This document shows, in pieces, positions 1 through 13,884 of a stretch of DNA of 64,000 nucleotides. The notes beneath the pieces are model-generated. The model saw only the letters and a list, made by a program, of their open reading frames with translations, was not told the origin of the DNA and did no database searches. The stretch lies in assembly GCA_951804945.1 (NCBI GenBank), contig OX638155.1, positions 65,782,001 through 65,846,000 of the forward strand, given 5' to 3'. Source of the DNA: Podarcis cretensis (Eukaryota). A program made the position numbers and the translations under genes. Numbering within the stretch: position 1 is the stretch's first letter; each line of letters begins with the position of its first letter.

Positions 1-686
1 TGGAAACCTTAACAGTAATTCCTTGGTCTCAGTCATGCTCCATACCTTTCATGTTACTGACTTTATTTAGATATTATGCTAATAAATATATGCACTATAT
101 AGACTTTTTGTATAACCTTCTAGTAATTTATGCAAACGTGCAGTGCTTTCTTTCATAACCTCTAACAGGCCTCCTGACAATTTCTGGTTTTATTTCAGTG
201 TCATGGCTAGGTTCCAGTGCAGGGAATTCCATTCTGTCTATTAACTCCCCGTGACCACTGCAAATCAATACAATGTTCTTTATGTCCATAAAGGCTTGCT
301 GCTCTACTGGTTTTCTGTTTATTGAATGCTCATTTAATATGCCAACACATTTGCCCACAAAATACAAAATACAAGATCAGTGGCACCTTGGGTACTGCTT
401 TTGTGCAATAGGTACTATATTTGAGGGAGACAGAAAATATTGCTTTGGTTCAATGCTCCCATTCCAAAAGATCTTATGCAGCACAAACCATGCCACAAAT
501 TATATCTTTGGCATTCTATGGACAGCATAATACAGGGAAGTCGCAATATGGGCAAAAGGCAACAGGAAGCCACATTCAGTTAAGCACTCTCTGTAGTTTA
601 TGGGCATAAAAAGCACACTTTACAACTTGTTTGTTAGCATTTCATTTTGCTTTACTGTGAAAAAGCTTCTCACTAAACATAAAATA

Positions 687-1070
687 TCATAGAATTGTAG
701 AGTTGGAGGGGACCCTGAGGCTCATCTACAGTAGTCCAAGCCCCTACAATGCAAGAATCTCAACTAATGCACCCATGACAGCCCAACCTCTCCTTAAAAA
801 CCTCTGATGGCCATCCGACCTCTGTTTAAGTATACCACCTCCCAAGGAGTACATTCCACTGTTGAGCGGCTCTTACTGTCAGAAAGTTATTCCTGATGTT
901 TAGTTAGAACCTCCTTTCTTGTAACTTGTACTTCATTTGTGTCCTAGACTCTGGAGCAGGAGAAAACAAGCTTGCTCCATCTTCCATGTCAAGCCCTTTC
1001 AACATTTGAAGATGGCTCTCATATCTCCTCTCAGTCTCCTCTTCTCCAGGCTAAACATACCCAACTCCCT
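687..1070 (-). mobile_element. CR1 LINE 3' fragment (decayed)
   Basis: Begins with the CR1 tail complement catagaattgtagagttgga. Ends in sequence reading [15 protein letters not shown] on the minus strand, homologous to the CR1 at 39.7-40.3 kb. Confidence 0.85.
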
Positions 1071-2385
1071 TATAATGCTTCCATTTCCCCCTTGTTACCA
1101 TTGCAATAAAAAATCAAGAAATAGCAGAAGATACATGACACTAAACATGATAAATATTTAACAGCAGCTGTACACCTTTTCTTGAAAACTTTAGGTCAAT
1201 CAGAAAATTATAAGGTTTGTAAATGGTCCAAAACCACATTCCTCTTTTTTGTTTCTCAGGCTATATAGTTCTTGTATCTCCATACTGTTGAAAGTATCTA
1301 ACTTCCTCACTGTGGCTATTACTCTTATTCACTTGTTAATGTTCTTGTAATGTCTCCACATTCTTTTCTAATTTCACTCACTTCTGCCTTATATGGGCTT
1401 TCCAAACTAATCTGTAGCACCAAAATCCCCATTTCATCAGACTTTGTAACAGCAATTTGGAAAATCTTCCATAGTGTAGAAATTTATCTTCCAGGTTCTT
1501 ATAGTCTGAGGACTCAATTCTTAATTTATCCCAAAAGAAACATTAATGTCCTTAAAATCTGCTACAGCTTTCCACCAAGCACTGAATTGATGTCTTTTGT
1601 TGGATTCCTATTAACATTTGTGAACCTTTTTCTCTTACACTCTGGAGAAAAGTGTGTAATTACTCTGCCTAATATTTATAATGATTAAAATACAGATTGA
1701 TGTTGATATACTTTGGTCCAGTTTGGATGTTACATTCCTGGCTTAAAGAGTTATAGTTTGTTAAGTAGGGTATAAGTGTTGGATCCATGTGCTTTCCTCT
1801 CCCTTTTGCCAGTGGATCGATCTTGGTTTGTTCCCATTGTATCCATTCAGGCATCATGCTAAACCAGAATTTAGTTTGATGTGACTATGTCTGGGTGATC
1901 CTTGGGCTTGCATGTTCCCTGCTCATTTCTTCTAGTGCAGTTGTTTGGAAGCATTCACTACTATTTTTGCTTAGCTGCAGTTCACTGCTTTGTCCATACT
2001 GACAAACTGTGGTTAAGGCTACCTATGGTTTGTTTGAAATAAGAGAATTTGAAATCATAGGTTGAAGTTTCCATCTTTCAAACAAACCATGGGTCATGCC
2101 ATGTTTCCCTGCTTCGTTTCCCAGTACATGACATCTGAACACAGCCGTTATGTCTGAAACAGTGGTTTAATGTTGGTTTGAGCCCACTTAGTAAACAGAT
2201 GTTACATTACATTTCCCTGCTTACAGATGCAATTGGGAACAGTAGTTTAAACAGACGAAGACTGAAGTGCTGAAGCTGGACTCTGAAGCGCACAGACTAA
2301 GAGACAGAGCTAATTTCTGGCTCAACAAAATATTATTTTATTTATTTATTATTTAACAAAAATTATATACCATTTACTAGAACAA

Positions 2386-3098
2386 ACCCCTTCATGGATC
2401 ACTGCCTTGCTGTGGCGAAAGGGCCTGAATAACTCAGAGAAGCTATGAGCTATGCTGTGCAGGGCCACCCAAGATGGATAGGTCATAGTGGAGAGTTTTG
2501 ACCAAACGTAATCCACCTGGAGCAGGAACCAGCAAGCCACTCCAGTATCCCTGCCAAGAAAACTCCATGGACAAAGACACCTATGACAAACCCAGACAGC
2601 ATCTTAAAAAGCAGAGACATCACCTTGCCAACAAATGTCCGTATAGTTAAAGCCATGGTTTTCCCAGTAGTGATGTATGGAAGTGAGAGCTGGACCATAA
2701 AGAAGGCTGATTGCCGAAGAATTGATGCTTTTGAATTATGGTGCTGGAGGAGACTCTTGAAAGTCCCATGGACTGCAAGAAGATCAAACCTCCCCATTCT
2801 TAAGGAAATCAGCCCTGAGTGCTCACTGGAAGGACAGATCCTGAAGCTGAGGCTCTAATACTTTGGCCACCTCATGAGAAGAGAAGACTCCCTGGAAAAG
2901 ACCCTGATGTTGGGAAAGATTGAGGGCACAAGGAGAAGGGGACGACAGAGGACAAAATGGTTGGACAGTGTTCTCGAAGCTACCAGCATGAGTTTGACCA
3001 AAGTGCGGGAGGCAGTGGAAGACAGGAGTGCCTGGCGTGCTCTGGTCCATGGGGTCATGAAGAGTTGTACATGACTAAACGACTAAACAACAAGAAGA
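2386..3098 (+). mobile_element. RTE-BovB LINE, internally deleted (5' region fused to the ORF 3' end)
   Basis: ORF pieces MTNPDSILKSRDITLPTNVRIVKAMVFPVVMYGSESWT... and MRREDSLEKTLMLGKIEG... are the BovB C-terminus. Tail gactaaacaacaa. Candidate TSD AGAACAA at 2379-2385 and 3099-3105. Confidence 0.9.
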
Positions 3099-5013
3099 AG
3101 AACAACAAAAGACCACTATGCAGTTTACAATAACTACCTAAAACATTCATTTAAAACACCAAATACAAAACAAACACAAAAAACAAGTTCCATAAAAGTA
3201 TAGATTTTAAAATGCTAATTTTAAAACACATACCTATTAAATGCATGTGTCAAAATTACAGGCCCAGGTAGGCTTGCTGGAACAATAAAAAAGTTTTTAG
3301 CAGACACCAAAAACAATACAGTTAAGGAACTAGCCTAATATAAATGGAAGAGAAATTCTAAAGTGTAGGCGATGCCACGCTAAAATATGGATCCTTTGCA
3401 AGTGTGGAATGATAATTATGTGGAACTTGTAAAAGGGCCAGTCCCACAGATCTAAGCAGCTGAGAAGGTTTATTAAGTTAATTAAGCCAGAAGCATTATC
3501 GCCGAAGAGCCCCTTTGAGTGTTTTTCCCCGATTGCATGTAAGTGACCCCTAGGCCTGCTCCACATGGACGTTTTGAAGAGCCATTATAATGTCTGCTGG
3601 TCTATCATGCAAGCAGGATGATAAATAAAAGGCAGGTGCTAAAATGCAATCTTCAAAAACATAAACAGAAGCTTTATTCGCACCAGTATTTCAATCAAAC
3701 ATTTAACAGCATTTAATTAAATTAATATGCAGGTCAAATAATCAATCTTGCACTGAATGCGGGAAACCAGACTTATTTTGACATCTAACCACCTTGTACT
3801 ACATTTCTCCCTTTTGTCAATAGACAGCAGCAATGGTAGCATCTGTGCTAGCTACCAAGTTCTAGGACAAACACTTTCCTAAACAACAATGATTTAAAGT
3901 AAGTTTTATCTAGGAAAGCTGTGCTCAGGGGCAATGCCCCTTTCAGCAGGACCTCTTTGCAGTAGACCTCTTTCCTTTTTGTTTTTGTTGTGGGTTTTTA
4001 AAATTCATTTTTCTGTCTGAGCTTGATGGGAGTGAAAAGAAATTAAATGACTTCCCCAAGGCCAGAAAGAATTCAGCAGCTCAGTGTATATTACAAACAT
4101 CACTGCCTCCACTCCAGTGTCCTTTATTCCAGCCAATAGACTCTGCAACTCTTACATATTCAGCCAAATGCCACATTTTATTAGTTTGAACTGAATACCT
4201 GCTTAGAACAACCACGCTTCTGTATGATTTGCAAATTGGGCCACGTAAGATCAGGAGAAGTGAAAAACAAGGGAATACCTGTACACAGAAAAGATGTCTC
4301 TTAGCAAAATCAGTTACGTTTTGGCTGATGTATCATAACCAATTGCAAATATTAACTTGTCAGCATGTTTAGTCTATTCGTCCACACCTTTCACAGGCAA
4401 ACAGGAACACCTACCTATTATTTCCCCCTTTCTTATAAACCAGTACCTTAGAATCTTTGTATTCTGCTTTTGCTACAGTGGAATAAAAAGCAGCCTGTGT
4501 CATAAAGCTTTAGCAACCTAGGCTTGGTAAGTGGGTCAGAGCTGGGTGGTTTTCCTGCCCGCAAGAATAATCATCACCCTGAACACTTCTTTTCAGAAAA
4601 GTCATGTGCAGTCGTGCCACCTTTGCTTTAATAGTAGAAGCCAAAAGGCTCCTAAGGCTATGAGATAACTTCACAGTAATCTTGTGTTCCGTAGATGCCC
4701 TTCCAAGTCTACCTTCAAACCTGATGATGTACCAGCAAACAAATGCTAGTTGGAGCCCTTCGGTTTTGCCCTTCTCTGCTGGACCTGTCATTTGCCACCT
4801 CTGCTGCTCCTTCCACTCAACTATCACCTCCTAACCTCTGATAAGAGAAGTTTCTGGCAACTGGCTGGCAGGGTCTTGTTAGCATACCTCAGTTGGAGGT
4901 AGAAGAGGAGTCAGTAATAGGTGGAGGGGACAGACGTAGCAAAGTATGGAGCCAGCAGGGAGCTGAAGAATAGAAGGAGTGTCTTCAAGTTGTGGGGCTA
5001 TTTGACAACTCAG

Positions 5014-5014
<1 letters not shown>

Positions 5015-5050
<36 letters not shown>

Positions 5051-5149
5051 CATCATCATCATCATCAAACCTCAGTCCAAAGATCACAGGGTGGTTTAAA
5101 AAACACAAAAATGCATAACATAATAACAAACAAAAACAATACCCCACCC

Positions 5150-5193
<44 letters not shown>

Positions 5194-5530
5194 TTTTATT
5201 TATACCCTGCCCTTCCAAGTTCAAAAACCAGGCTCAGGGCGGCTAACAACAAATTTTAAACACTTAATTGTAAAAGCAGCATAAAATCCAGTATAAAAAC
5301 ATGAATAACAAAAATCATATTTCAGAAATCAATTTAGGGGAAATCCATCTAATAAACATTAGATAATCACCAGGGCTAGCTAGCTGAATTAGTCAGGTTA
5401 GAAAGCTATAGGTTGTTTAATTGGCCAAAGGACTGGGATGAATGTTTTTGCCTGGCACATATACCGGTAGATATATAATGAGGGAGTCAGGTGAGCATCC
5501 CTGGAAGAGAGCATTATACAAGCTGGAAGT
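5015..5530 (-). mobile_element. L2-type LINE 3' ends (two nested fragments) with (TTA)n/(TAA)n tails
   Basis: tttatttataccctgccct...gggcggctaacaac motif after (TAA)n at 5150-5194. Flanks resemble the old L2-like ends at 26.5 kb and 61.85 kb. Confidence 0.6.
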
Positions 5531-6724
5531 CACTGCAGAATGAAGCGAGCTTGAAGTTAAGTCTGAGCTAAACCAAACCCCTGACTTGGCAATCTTCTTT
5601 GTAAATCACCCAAGGTGAAGGCCTGTTTCCATGGCCTGCAAACATAGCAAACACTTTGTCTCATATCACATAGGAGGAGGAGGTAGCATGCTCTTCTCGA
5701 TTCCCCAGTTATCTGGGCAATAGCAGTGACCATTCAGAGTGATGGGAACCCAGAATGAAGACAATGTGCCGTGCTCTGAATTAGCCATGTTTGTTTTCAA
5801 AGTGCTAAATCTAATAGACTATTTGACATAATTACATTCATAATGTGATTCTTGATTCAAACAGATTAAAAAAAAGTAAGCTTGCGAGGGGGTCTTCCAA
5901 AGGACTCCAGGGACTCCAAAAATGTATTTGTGATGCCAAAATCTTCTTCTGTGAACAATCAGGACAGTTTTATTCAGAGCACCTCTGCAGAACCCCATCT
6001 AAATTATCTTTATTACATCTGTCTTGTTAAAAGCCAATATAAATAATGGTGGCTGCACTGATTCCCAGCCTGGCTGCTGGCACTGGTACAATCCCACAAA
6101 CACTCCAATCTGATGTGAGTTGGGGGCATCAGACTGTATTATTTGGCTATAAAATAGAGGGGGGGACATATAAAAGGAAATAATATTGAAGATTAAGTCA
6201 AGGACTCTCCTTTGTATTCAGAATCAGGCTCCAAAATGCCAACTCTACTAGCTACAGCTTTAGTGGGTCTTTGAAATTCCTATTGCTTGGTTTTTATAGG
6301 AACCTGAGTAAAGAACATTAGCTCTGTTGCTGCAATCTCACAAAGCCAATTGGATCTTTAAAGCAGTGAAATGGTCGAAGTCATTTCAAAGTAAATAGGG
6401 TGTAAATGTAAGTGATTCAAGAACTGGACAGAAATGGGGAACGCACACATTACATCATTCATTTGATAACTGCAGGTACAGCTTTTCTACAGTCGTCATG
6501 GACCACTGCCTCTTAGTACATTAGAAGCATGACCCAACACAACAGGAGTCAAGCTGGGAGGGGATAAAGACCATTCTGCACCTGTTTTCATTCAATACAA
6601 GTGCATTTAGGGGATCAGCTACACTATTTCAGCAGGTCCAATTCCTACCCTGCAAACACATCATTCTCTGCAGACTAAACAACTCTCATAGCTGACATCT
6701 TGAACAGGCTACCTCCTCCTAAAG

Positions 6725-6859
6725 CACCCTTTCCCATCCTTGAGTCCCCAGATGTTGTTGCATTACAACTCCCATCATCCCTGGAAGCAGGGCCAGTGGT
6801 TAGGGATGATGGGACTTGTAGTCCAACTACACCTGGAGACCCAAGGATGAGAAAGGCTG
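6725..6859. mobile_element. hAT-type palindromic MITE
   Basis: Imperfect palindrome (caactcccatcatccct / agggatgatgggacttg) with a perfect 8-bp TSD TCCTAAAG at 6717-6724 and 6860-6867. Confidence 0.85.
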
Positions 6860-8861
6860 TCCTAAAGTGTCCTGGAGAATGAAGTCTCTGCCTTTTTCTA
6901 GGATGCTTCCTGTGGTCCAGATGGCATGCTGCATCCTGTAGCCAGGAGCATGGGGTGCTGTCCCTTGAGACTGGGACTACACATTACAACCAAGCTGTGC
7001 CCAGCACCAAAACCAGTTGTCCCAGTCTCTTTCTCCTCTCCCTCGTGTAACATTCAGGACATAACATCATCACGTTTTGAAATCCCCTTCCAGTTGCTGG
7101 GGGAAGGAAATGCACAACGTGATGACATTATATCTTACCTTTCCTCTACTAACCTCATAGAGGAGAGGGGAAAGAAGATGCTAGAAAGTGCCGGAACTGT
7201 GGCTTAGTGCCAGCAGACGAATTACATAGGTGGTGATCTTGCCTGAGTACTCAGACCTTTCAGATTCAAATTAAAAGGGACATCTAGAGGGTGACTGGCT
7301 ATGCATTAACACTGGAACAAAAAACAATGCCGTTGGAATTTAACTAAAGTTAAAGATTTAAATATACCCAGAGTATGTCGTATAACATTTAACAGTTAGA
7401 TGCAGCAACTGAACTACTCATAGTCCTCAAACAGGGACGTCCCAAGAATACCAAGACCACAACTACAAAGACAACTGTGGTTTTGCAGTTATCATAATGA
7501 ATGAAATTGCCTGACTGAGATGGAATGCAACAGAAACCAAAGATCTGTGACTTGAGTGATGTCTTTGTTGAATTTTGGAAAGGTGTGCACAATTTTGATA
7601 TCAGTACTAGCACCTGCTTTTCTAATTTGGTCATTTATACTCTTGACCCACATATTTTTATATATTTGTGATTTGTAATCATTAATACTGTTTAAGGATG
7701 AATAAACTAAAACAAAGAAACCCTGAAACTTTCTCTCTTTTCAGCACAAAGTGGCATGTCCTATTATTTCTTCCCCCTTCTACCTGTTGTGCCTACTTTT
7801 CCCCATCTCTTGCCACTTTACAAACCCAGCTTTTTCCTTTCCTTTTTATTTCCACAGATAAGAAGCCTTTCATGTTCATCATTCCATTTTATTTCTCTCC
7901 TAAACCACTGAACCCCTCTCTCTCTTATTTCCCACCAACAATCTAATATTGGGTTCCCTGTTTCTAAATTTGTGTCCCTGCAAGTTTGTTGGAACCCCAG
8001 TATGAAAAACTTAGTACATTTCATTAAAGAACTGAATTTTTAAGTCTTGGATTTAGAAGCTCAGGCCCTCTAAAAATATCTATTTTCATCCAAATGAAAC
8101 AAAATTGCAATTCAGTAGCACCAATCTATTAAAAATGCTTGTGTACTTCTATTTTTCTAAAAATACATATTCAATATAGTTACATACTTGAGGATTAGTC
8201 ATGCTGAAAATATAGATATGGAAACTAAATAGGAACTATCACGCAATCATACAATCAGACACCTGCTATGCTTCTAGTTAATCAGTGTTATTTTTGCAGT
8301 ACTTTCAATATGAAACCATTATTCATTTTTTCTACATAGCTGGTCAGTATATCATCATCATCATCATTAACTACAACAACAGCTTTTACAGACTTTTTAA
8401 AAATGGAAACACGTAATTTTTACTACCTGTATAATGCTATTTGTATATATGTTGTTTTATAAAGTAATGAAAAAAAAACCTGGTCCTTACTCCATGAAAC
8501 TTGCAAATTTTACAAATTCACAATACAAACTTTGAACCTGTGCAACCTAAATTGAAGACTGACTTCTATACTATGGACAATGAATACAATAATCCATTGC
8601 TGTATGTCAGAAGTAAGTTCCATTAAGTTCAATGAGACTTACTCAAGTAGCCTAGATAACATTGATTATCATTGCATGGAATACATGGCTAAGTAATAAG
8701 AAATAATAGAGAACCAACATCCCTAAGAGGTCATCAATAATGTGAAAAAACATGGCTGGAATTACTTCCCATCAATGGCCTAACAATGTACAGCACAGCT
8801 AGTTATTTCAGAGCTTGAACTGTCCATTGGACTGTCAATAACACTTTAAGTGTATGAGATA

Positions 8862-9069
8862 CAGTGGTACCTTGGTTTGCAACCGTTTTGGATTACAACT
8901 GTTTTGGATTACAATCACCTCAAACCCAGAAGTGTGTGTCCCTTTTTTTGGATTACAACCCATTTTGGGGGGAGGCCCCATTGGCGAAAGCGCGCCTTGG
9001 GCTACAACCTGTTTTGGTTTACAACCGGGCATCCAGAACGGATTATGGTTGTAAACCAAGGTATCACTG
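8862..9069. mobile_element. Tc1/mariner (Tigger/pogo-like) MITE
   Basis: TIRs CAGTGGTACCTTGGTTT / AAACCAAGGTATCACTG with TA TSDs and internal ttttggattacaac repeats. Confidence 0.9.
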
Positions 9070-9704
9070 TATAGCAATATTATTTGTTCGTAAGGACCGG
9101 ATTGCCCAGCCTCATACTCCTTCTCAATGCTGGAGTGGATAAAAAGCCATGATTCAATAAAAAGATTTTCATTTTCTGACAACTGTTTTAAAATATCTTA
9201 ATTCAAAGCTAAGGGAGTAATAATCTATGGATGGCATTCCAGGAAATGGATTTAGGAAATGCCATTTTGTATATTAGTGTATCATTCATGGAGCTCATCT
9301 AGGCCATTATCTACCTGAGCTCTGGGTTACCAAAGTCTGGGCTATGGCCATACTAATCAGAAGCACAAATAACAAGTTCCATCGATAATACTATTTCATC
9401 CATCCCACCACAGAAAAGGTCAATTTTTCCCCCTACATAAGTAATGTATTTCTCCTAAAAATGGAACACAAAAAAGGTTCTCTTAGCACATAGGTGTGGG
9501 AGCATGCAATTCTTCAGATATTTGGACCCCCAGCCAGTTAGGGTGGTTTGTATGGCAAAGCAGGAAGGAACAGTAATTTTACTGAAGAGTTTTTAAATAG
9601 ACCTCTGAAGCCTTTGTCCTCGTAATTCCTATCCCTATCTGCTTGTTCACACTTATCAGTGCCTTCCCATCTTCCACTGGGCACCCACCAACCCCCAAAA
9701 TATA

Positions 9705-9946
9705 CAGTGGTACCTCGGGTTACATACGCTTCAGGTTACAGACGCTTCAGGTTACAGACTCCGCTAACCCAGAAATATTACCTTGGGTTAAGAACTTTGC
9801 TTCAGGATGAGAACAGAAATCGTGCTCCAGCGGTGTGGTGGCAGAAGGAGGCCCCATTAGCTAAAGTGGTGCTTCAGGTTAAGAACAGTTTCAGGTTAAG
9901 AACAGACCTCCGGAATGAATTAAGTACTTAACCTGAGGTACCACTG
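9705..9946. mobile_element. Tc1/mariner (Tigger/pogo-like) MITE
   Basis: TIRs CAGTGGTACCTCGGGTTA / TAACCTGAGGTACCACTG with TA TSDs and internal ttcaggtta repeats. Confidence 0.9.
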
Positions 9947-10667
9947 TACAGCTCACATACAAAGACATAGAAAACAGAGTGTGGGATTAACTGGATTCCA
10001 AGAGGAGGGTTTCACTTCCAGCCAAGCGTGAGGGGATGTTATGAACTATGCTTTTTATATCTTCTGCAATTAATCAAGCTTATGTTTTGTAAAATTGTGT
10101 TAATCTTCTATGATCACTACAAGCTTTAAAAAGAAAAAAAATTCCAGTTATAGGAACATTTGCTCCAAATTATGTAAGGGGTACTCTAATAAATTATTTT
10201 TCATTCAAAAGTCCTCTCCCATCTTTGAATGAGTGTGATTAATTAACATAAATAGGGATAATACCTCTACAGCTGAACGTATTACAGTGTTATACTATTT
10301 CGAGAAATATGTATATGCCCATATGTATTATTCAGATGTAAATGCAACTGAAACTAGAGAAGTGTTCCCAAGGGAGTGAAAGCAACGCCATTAAAGATGC
10401 TGTTCTGAAGGAATTGTCTGAAGCTTGCAGTATTTCCAAATGCAACAAGACAAGCACAACAACTAAATGAAGACTAACAGTGGTCAAAGGCCATTATGTG
10501 CTTCGCTCCCTTCCATGCCAGCCCACGAAAACAAAAACAAAACAACATCACACATTGCACAGAAAATAGTGCTAGCTAAAACTCAAAATTAAATGCAACT
10601 AGAGCAAGGGCAAACTATGCAGAATTAATTGTACCGTATTAAGAAGCAGAAGTTAACATGGACACTA

Positions 10668-11309
10668 TAGTCACATCCACACCATGCACTGAAAGCATAT
10701 GTTAAGATTCCTGCTCCGTGATTGCAGTCATGAGATTGTTGTCTATCACATGACGGTGTATGTTTTGACTCCACAGAGTGGGAAGTGACGGAGACAGGAT
10801 GTTTGTGTTACTGTGTTCCGTGAAGTGGGACTATTGTCCTTTGTCCTTTCTCTTTCCTGTTTGATGCTGAAGAGGAAGGAGCTGAGTTAAGATGCTCTGA
10901 GTGTGTATATGTAAATAAATGCAGATTAGCCAAATACTGAGCTACTGAGTTCTGTTATGCGAACTGTGATAACTCTGGAGATCCCTAAGTGTGCCAGTGT
11001 CTGTTGGCATCGGTTGCTGTGATGTTCGGTCAGAAGAAAGCTTTTGCAGCTCCCAAACGATCGACCAGAAGGGAGAGAACATGCCAGTTGGGCATGTGTC
11101 TCTACCAGGGTCCTACTCAAGAGTAGGATGGCTCCTGACAGCATATGGCTTCTCCCCCCCCCAAAAAAAAAATAATAAGCCTGGGAACTGTAGTTTGTTA
11201 AGGATGCTGGAAATTGTAGCCCTGTGGGGGGTGAAGTACAGTTCCCATGATTCTTCTTTTTTTGGCAGGAAGCCCATGTGCTTTTATTGTATGGTGTGGA
11301 TGTGACTTA
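10668..11309. mobile_element. Palindromic MITE (possibly PIF/Harbinger-type) interrupted by the solo LTR
   Basis: TIRs agtcacatccacaccatgca / tgtatggtgtggatgtgact. A related, LTR-free copy lies at ~62169-62352. Confidence 0.7.
10700..11140 (+). mobile_element. Solo LTR (LTR retrotransposon or ERV), 441 bp
   Basis: Starts TGTTA, ends TGACA. Perfect 5-bp TSD GCATA at 10695-10699 and 11141-11145. AATAAA at ~10914. Confidence 0.85.
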
Positions 11310-13189
11310 TGGTAAGACAAGGAAAACAAAGAATAAATCAATTTGGGAAGGACTGGGATTTCAAGAAATTTCAAAATGTGCAATAAGGAATGGTAAGATG
11401 TAACTCATTTTCTAGTGTAGGCAATGAGGAAACTCTTACAGACCCCAATCTTCTTGAAAGTAAATGGTCTCCAAAATTACAGAGTAAGGAATGGATGCCT
11501 ACTGTTTATCGAGTGATTCAATAAAGGGGTGGAGTTAGTGATTTTTCAGAGTGGGAGCAAAATTTCTTGAGGTTCAGTGTCGGTGGCAGCAGTTCTGCGG
11601 GTTTTTTTGGTTTTTTGAAGGGGTAGGATAGGACTTCTGCCTTAGTGTCAGTGAACATTTTCTCTGCAGCCACTAGCTACCATTTTCCCCACCAGAATGA
11701 TTTCACTTTGTATCACAGCATTTGTGGAAATAGTAGTGGTTGCTAGGAGGTGTTGCCACCACCCTCCCAAAGCTCCTAGAACAGAACTTTTTTACAGAGG
11801 AAAGTTATGTTGCTGCCACTACCAGAGAAAACAGCAAAATATAATAGGTTGTCAATATCTGCTGCTGCTAAGGGAAGGCCTACTGAATATTTATATTTAT
11901 TTATATTTGTTTATTTTTTTGCTGCTTCCTAAAAAGAACGTCCCCACCAGAGGTTTTTTTTTTTGGGGGGGGGTGAATCATTTCCCTTGAATGTTGAGCA
12001 GAAAGTTCTCCATTGAGAACTTTAGTTCAGACCTTATTCCTGGTGGTCTCTGGGGTTGTCTTGCAGATTATCCAACTCCCTGTGTGATTGGGTTGAAGCA
12101 CTCAATAAGAAGCAGCCAGATATCATGGCTGTAAATGCAGCTTCTGAATAAACCACAGCGGCTTCCTCTCTAATCAATGTATTTAGTATTAGGGTCTAAT
12201 ATATTGAATGGAAAAGCCAAGAGAACAAGGGTGTAAAAACCCTGAAGTGTTACTGTTACTTACACTTACTAGAGTGCTTCTAGAGGCAATTCCAATTGCT
12301 TCTCAAAATGTCTACCTAAATTAGTTGAAAGGCTATCGTTTTGTAGTAACAAGAAAATTTAATTAAGCCTTGTGCTTGACGTGCTCTTGCAATTATTCCC
12401 CTTGGTTCCATTATAATGTATTTTAATACTACAAGATAACACTTGTTTGTGGTAAAAAAAAAAACCTGAAGAAACGTCTCAGTGTAATTTTAGATTATTC
12501 CTCGCTGTGAATATTTGTAATTATTTTTGTCAATTATGCACTTTTTTTGTTCTCCCGCCAACAGAATATTTTTAATCAGTTCATGCAGTGAACAGATTTG
12601 AAAACAACCTTTCCCCTAGGCCCCTTAAGCAAGCTGATTCCTAAGAATATAGAATATTTTCGGTGAGATCTACATTTGATCTATACTAAGAGCGATTTTG
12701 TTTGACTAATTACACAGACCTTTGGGGATGCAGAAGCACCACCTTCGAATAAAACATCAGCTAACCTTTTGATCTTTGCTAGACATGTGTCTGTGCATGT
12801 AGCCGCTGCTAAAGGAATCAAAACGGATTTCTGTGAAGCTGTCTATTATTTCTATTAATTTCTGAATTGCCTTTCACATGAGTCTCAATGTGATCTGGAA
12901 ACGTGGCATAAAAACAACTGACAACAAAATTAGGTTTAAGATACAAAATCTTTGTGCAACAAAAATATATCCAGTTTCAATAGTAGTATAATACTATAAT
13001 AGTAGATACCTGTTGTATCTCATAATTAAGGGACTAGGAACCAGGTGCAGGATGAAATCTTCTCCTAGCACAGTCCTTCAAATTTCCACATCCTACTGAA
13101 CTTTGCCTTGTCTCTCTATTGCATTAATCATGGTTAATGCTAAGCAGAATTTCACCCCAAACTATCATCTGTAGCCATTTTCAATCACT

Positions 13190-13323
13190 NNNNNNNNNNN
13201 NNNNNNNNNNNNNNNNNNNNNNNNNNNNNNNNNNNNNNNNNNNNNNNNNNNNNNNNNNNNNNNNNNNNNNNNNNNNNNNNNNNNNNNNNNNNNNNNNNNN
13301 NNNNNNNNNNNNNNNNNNNNNNN
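13190..13323. other. Assembly gap (N run), adjoining an L2 3' fragment at 13324-13410
   Basis: Run of n. The right flank matches the L2 copy at 46.0-46.3 kb (aaaagcttccct...agggctgccttcagatgtctt). Confidence 0.98.
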
Positions 13324-13884
13324 GGCAGCTTCCAGCAAAATATAAAAATACAATAGTCTGTCAAACATTAAAAGCTTCCCTAAAGAGGGCTGCCTTCAGA
13401 TGTCTTCCCACCTCTGTCATCTTCCACTGACCTATTGGCAGTGTCAGCGCTAACTCTCCCTCCGACATTGTCCTCTACTCCAGGCACATCCAACTCCCAA
13501 GAGACTGGGATCAGTATAAAAAAGTATAAAAGTATATACTTTTATAAAAAGTATAAAAAACTGACAGTGTTCTATCCATTGTCATTGGAGAGAGGAAGAG
13601 CATACGTGGGGTGGGTGGATTGCCCAGAGTTACTGAGGGGTTTTTTTTTAGGAGGGTAGTGCCCAGGGATGTTTAGCACTTTTGGGGGGAGGATTGCACA
13701 CAGTCTTTTAGCTTTTTCCTTGTAACTTTTTGTACACGGTAAGGATCCCATGATCTACCAGGAGCAACTAGGGATCTAATGGTAGCTCGCAATCTACTGG
13801 TTGGACATCCCTGCTCTACTCCATCAAGCAGCTGCTACAATCTCCGAAACTCTACTCCAGAAGAGCAGCAGGGCTGCAGGAATA

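Noticed and set aside
8862-9069. CRISPR-like short direct repeats (ttttggattacaac)
   Set aside because: Subterminal repeats of a MITE in a vertebrate genome; there is no regular repeat-spacer structure.
13137-13430. ORFs containing X runs (also 58106-58405)
   Set aside because: Artefacts of translating assembly gaps.
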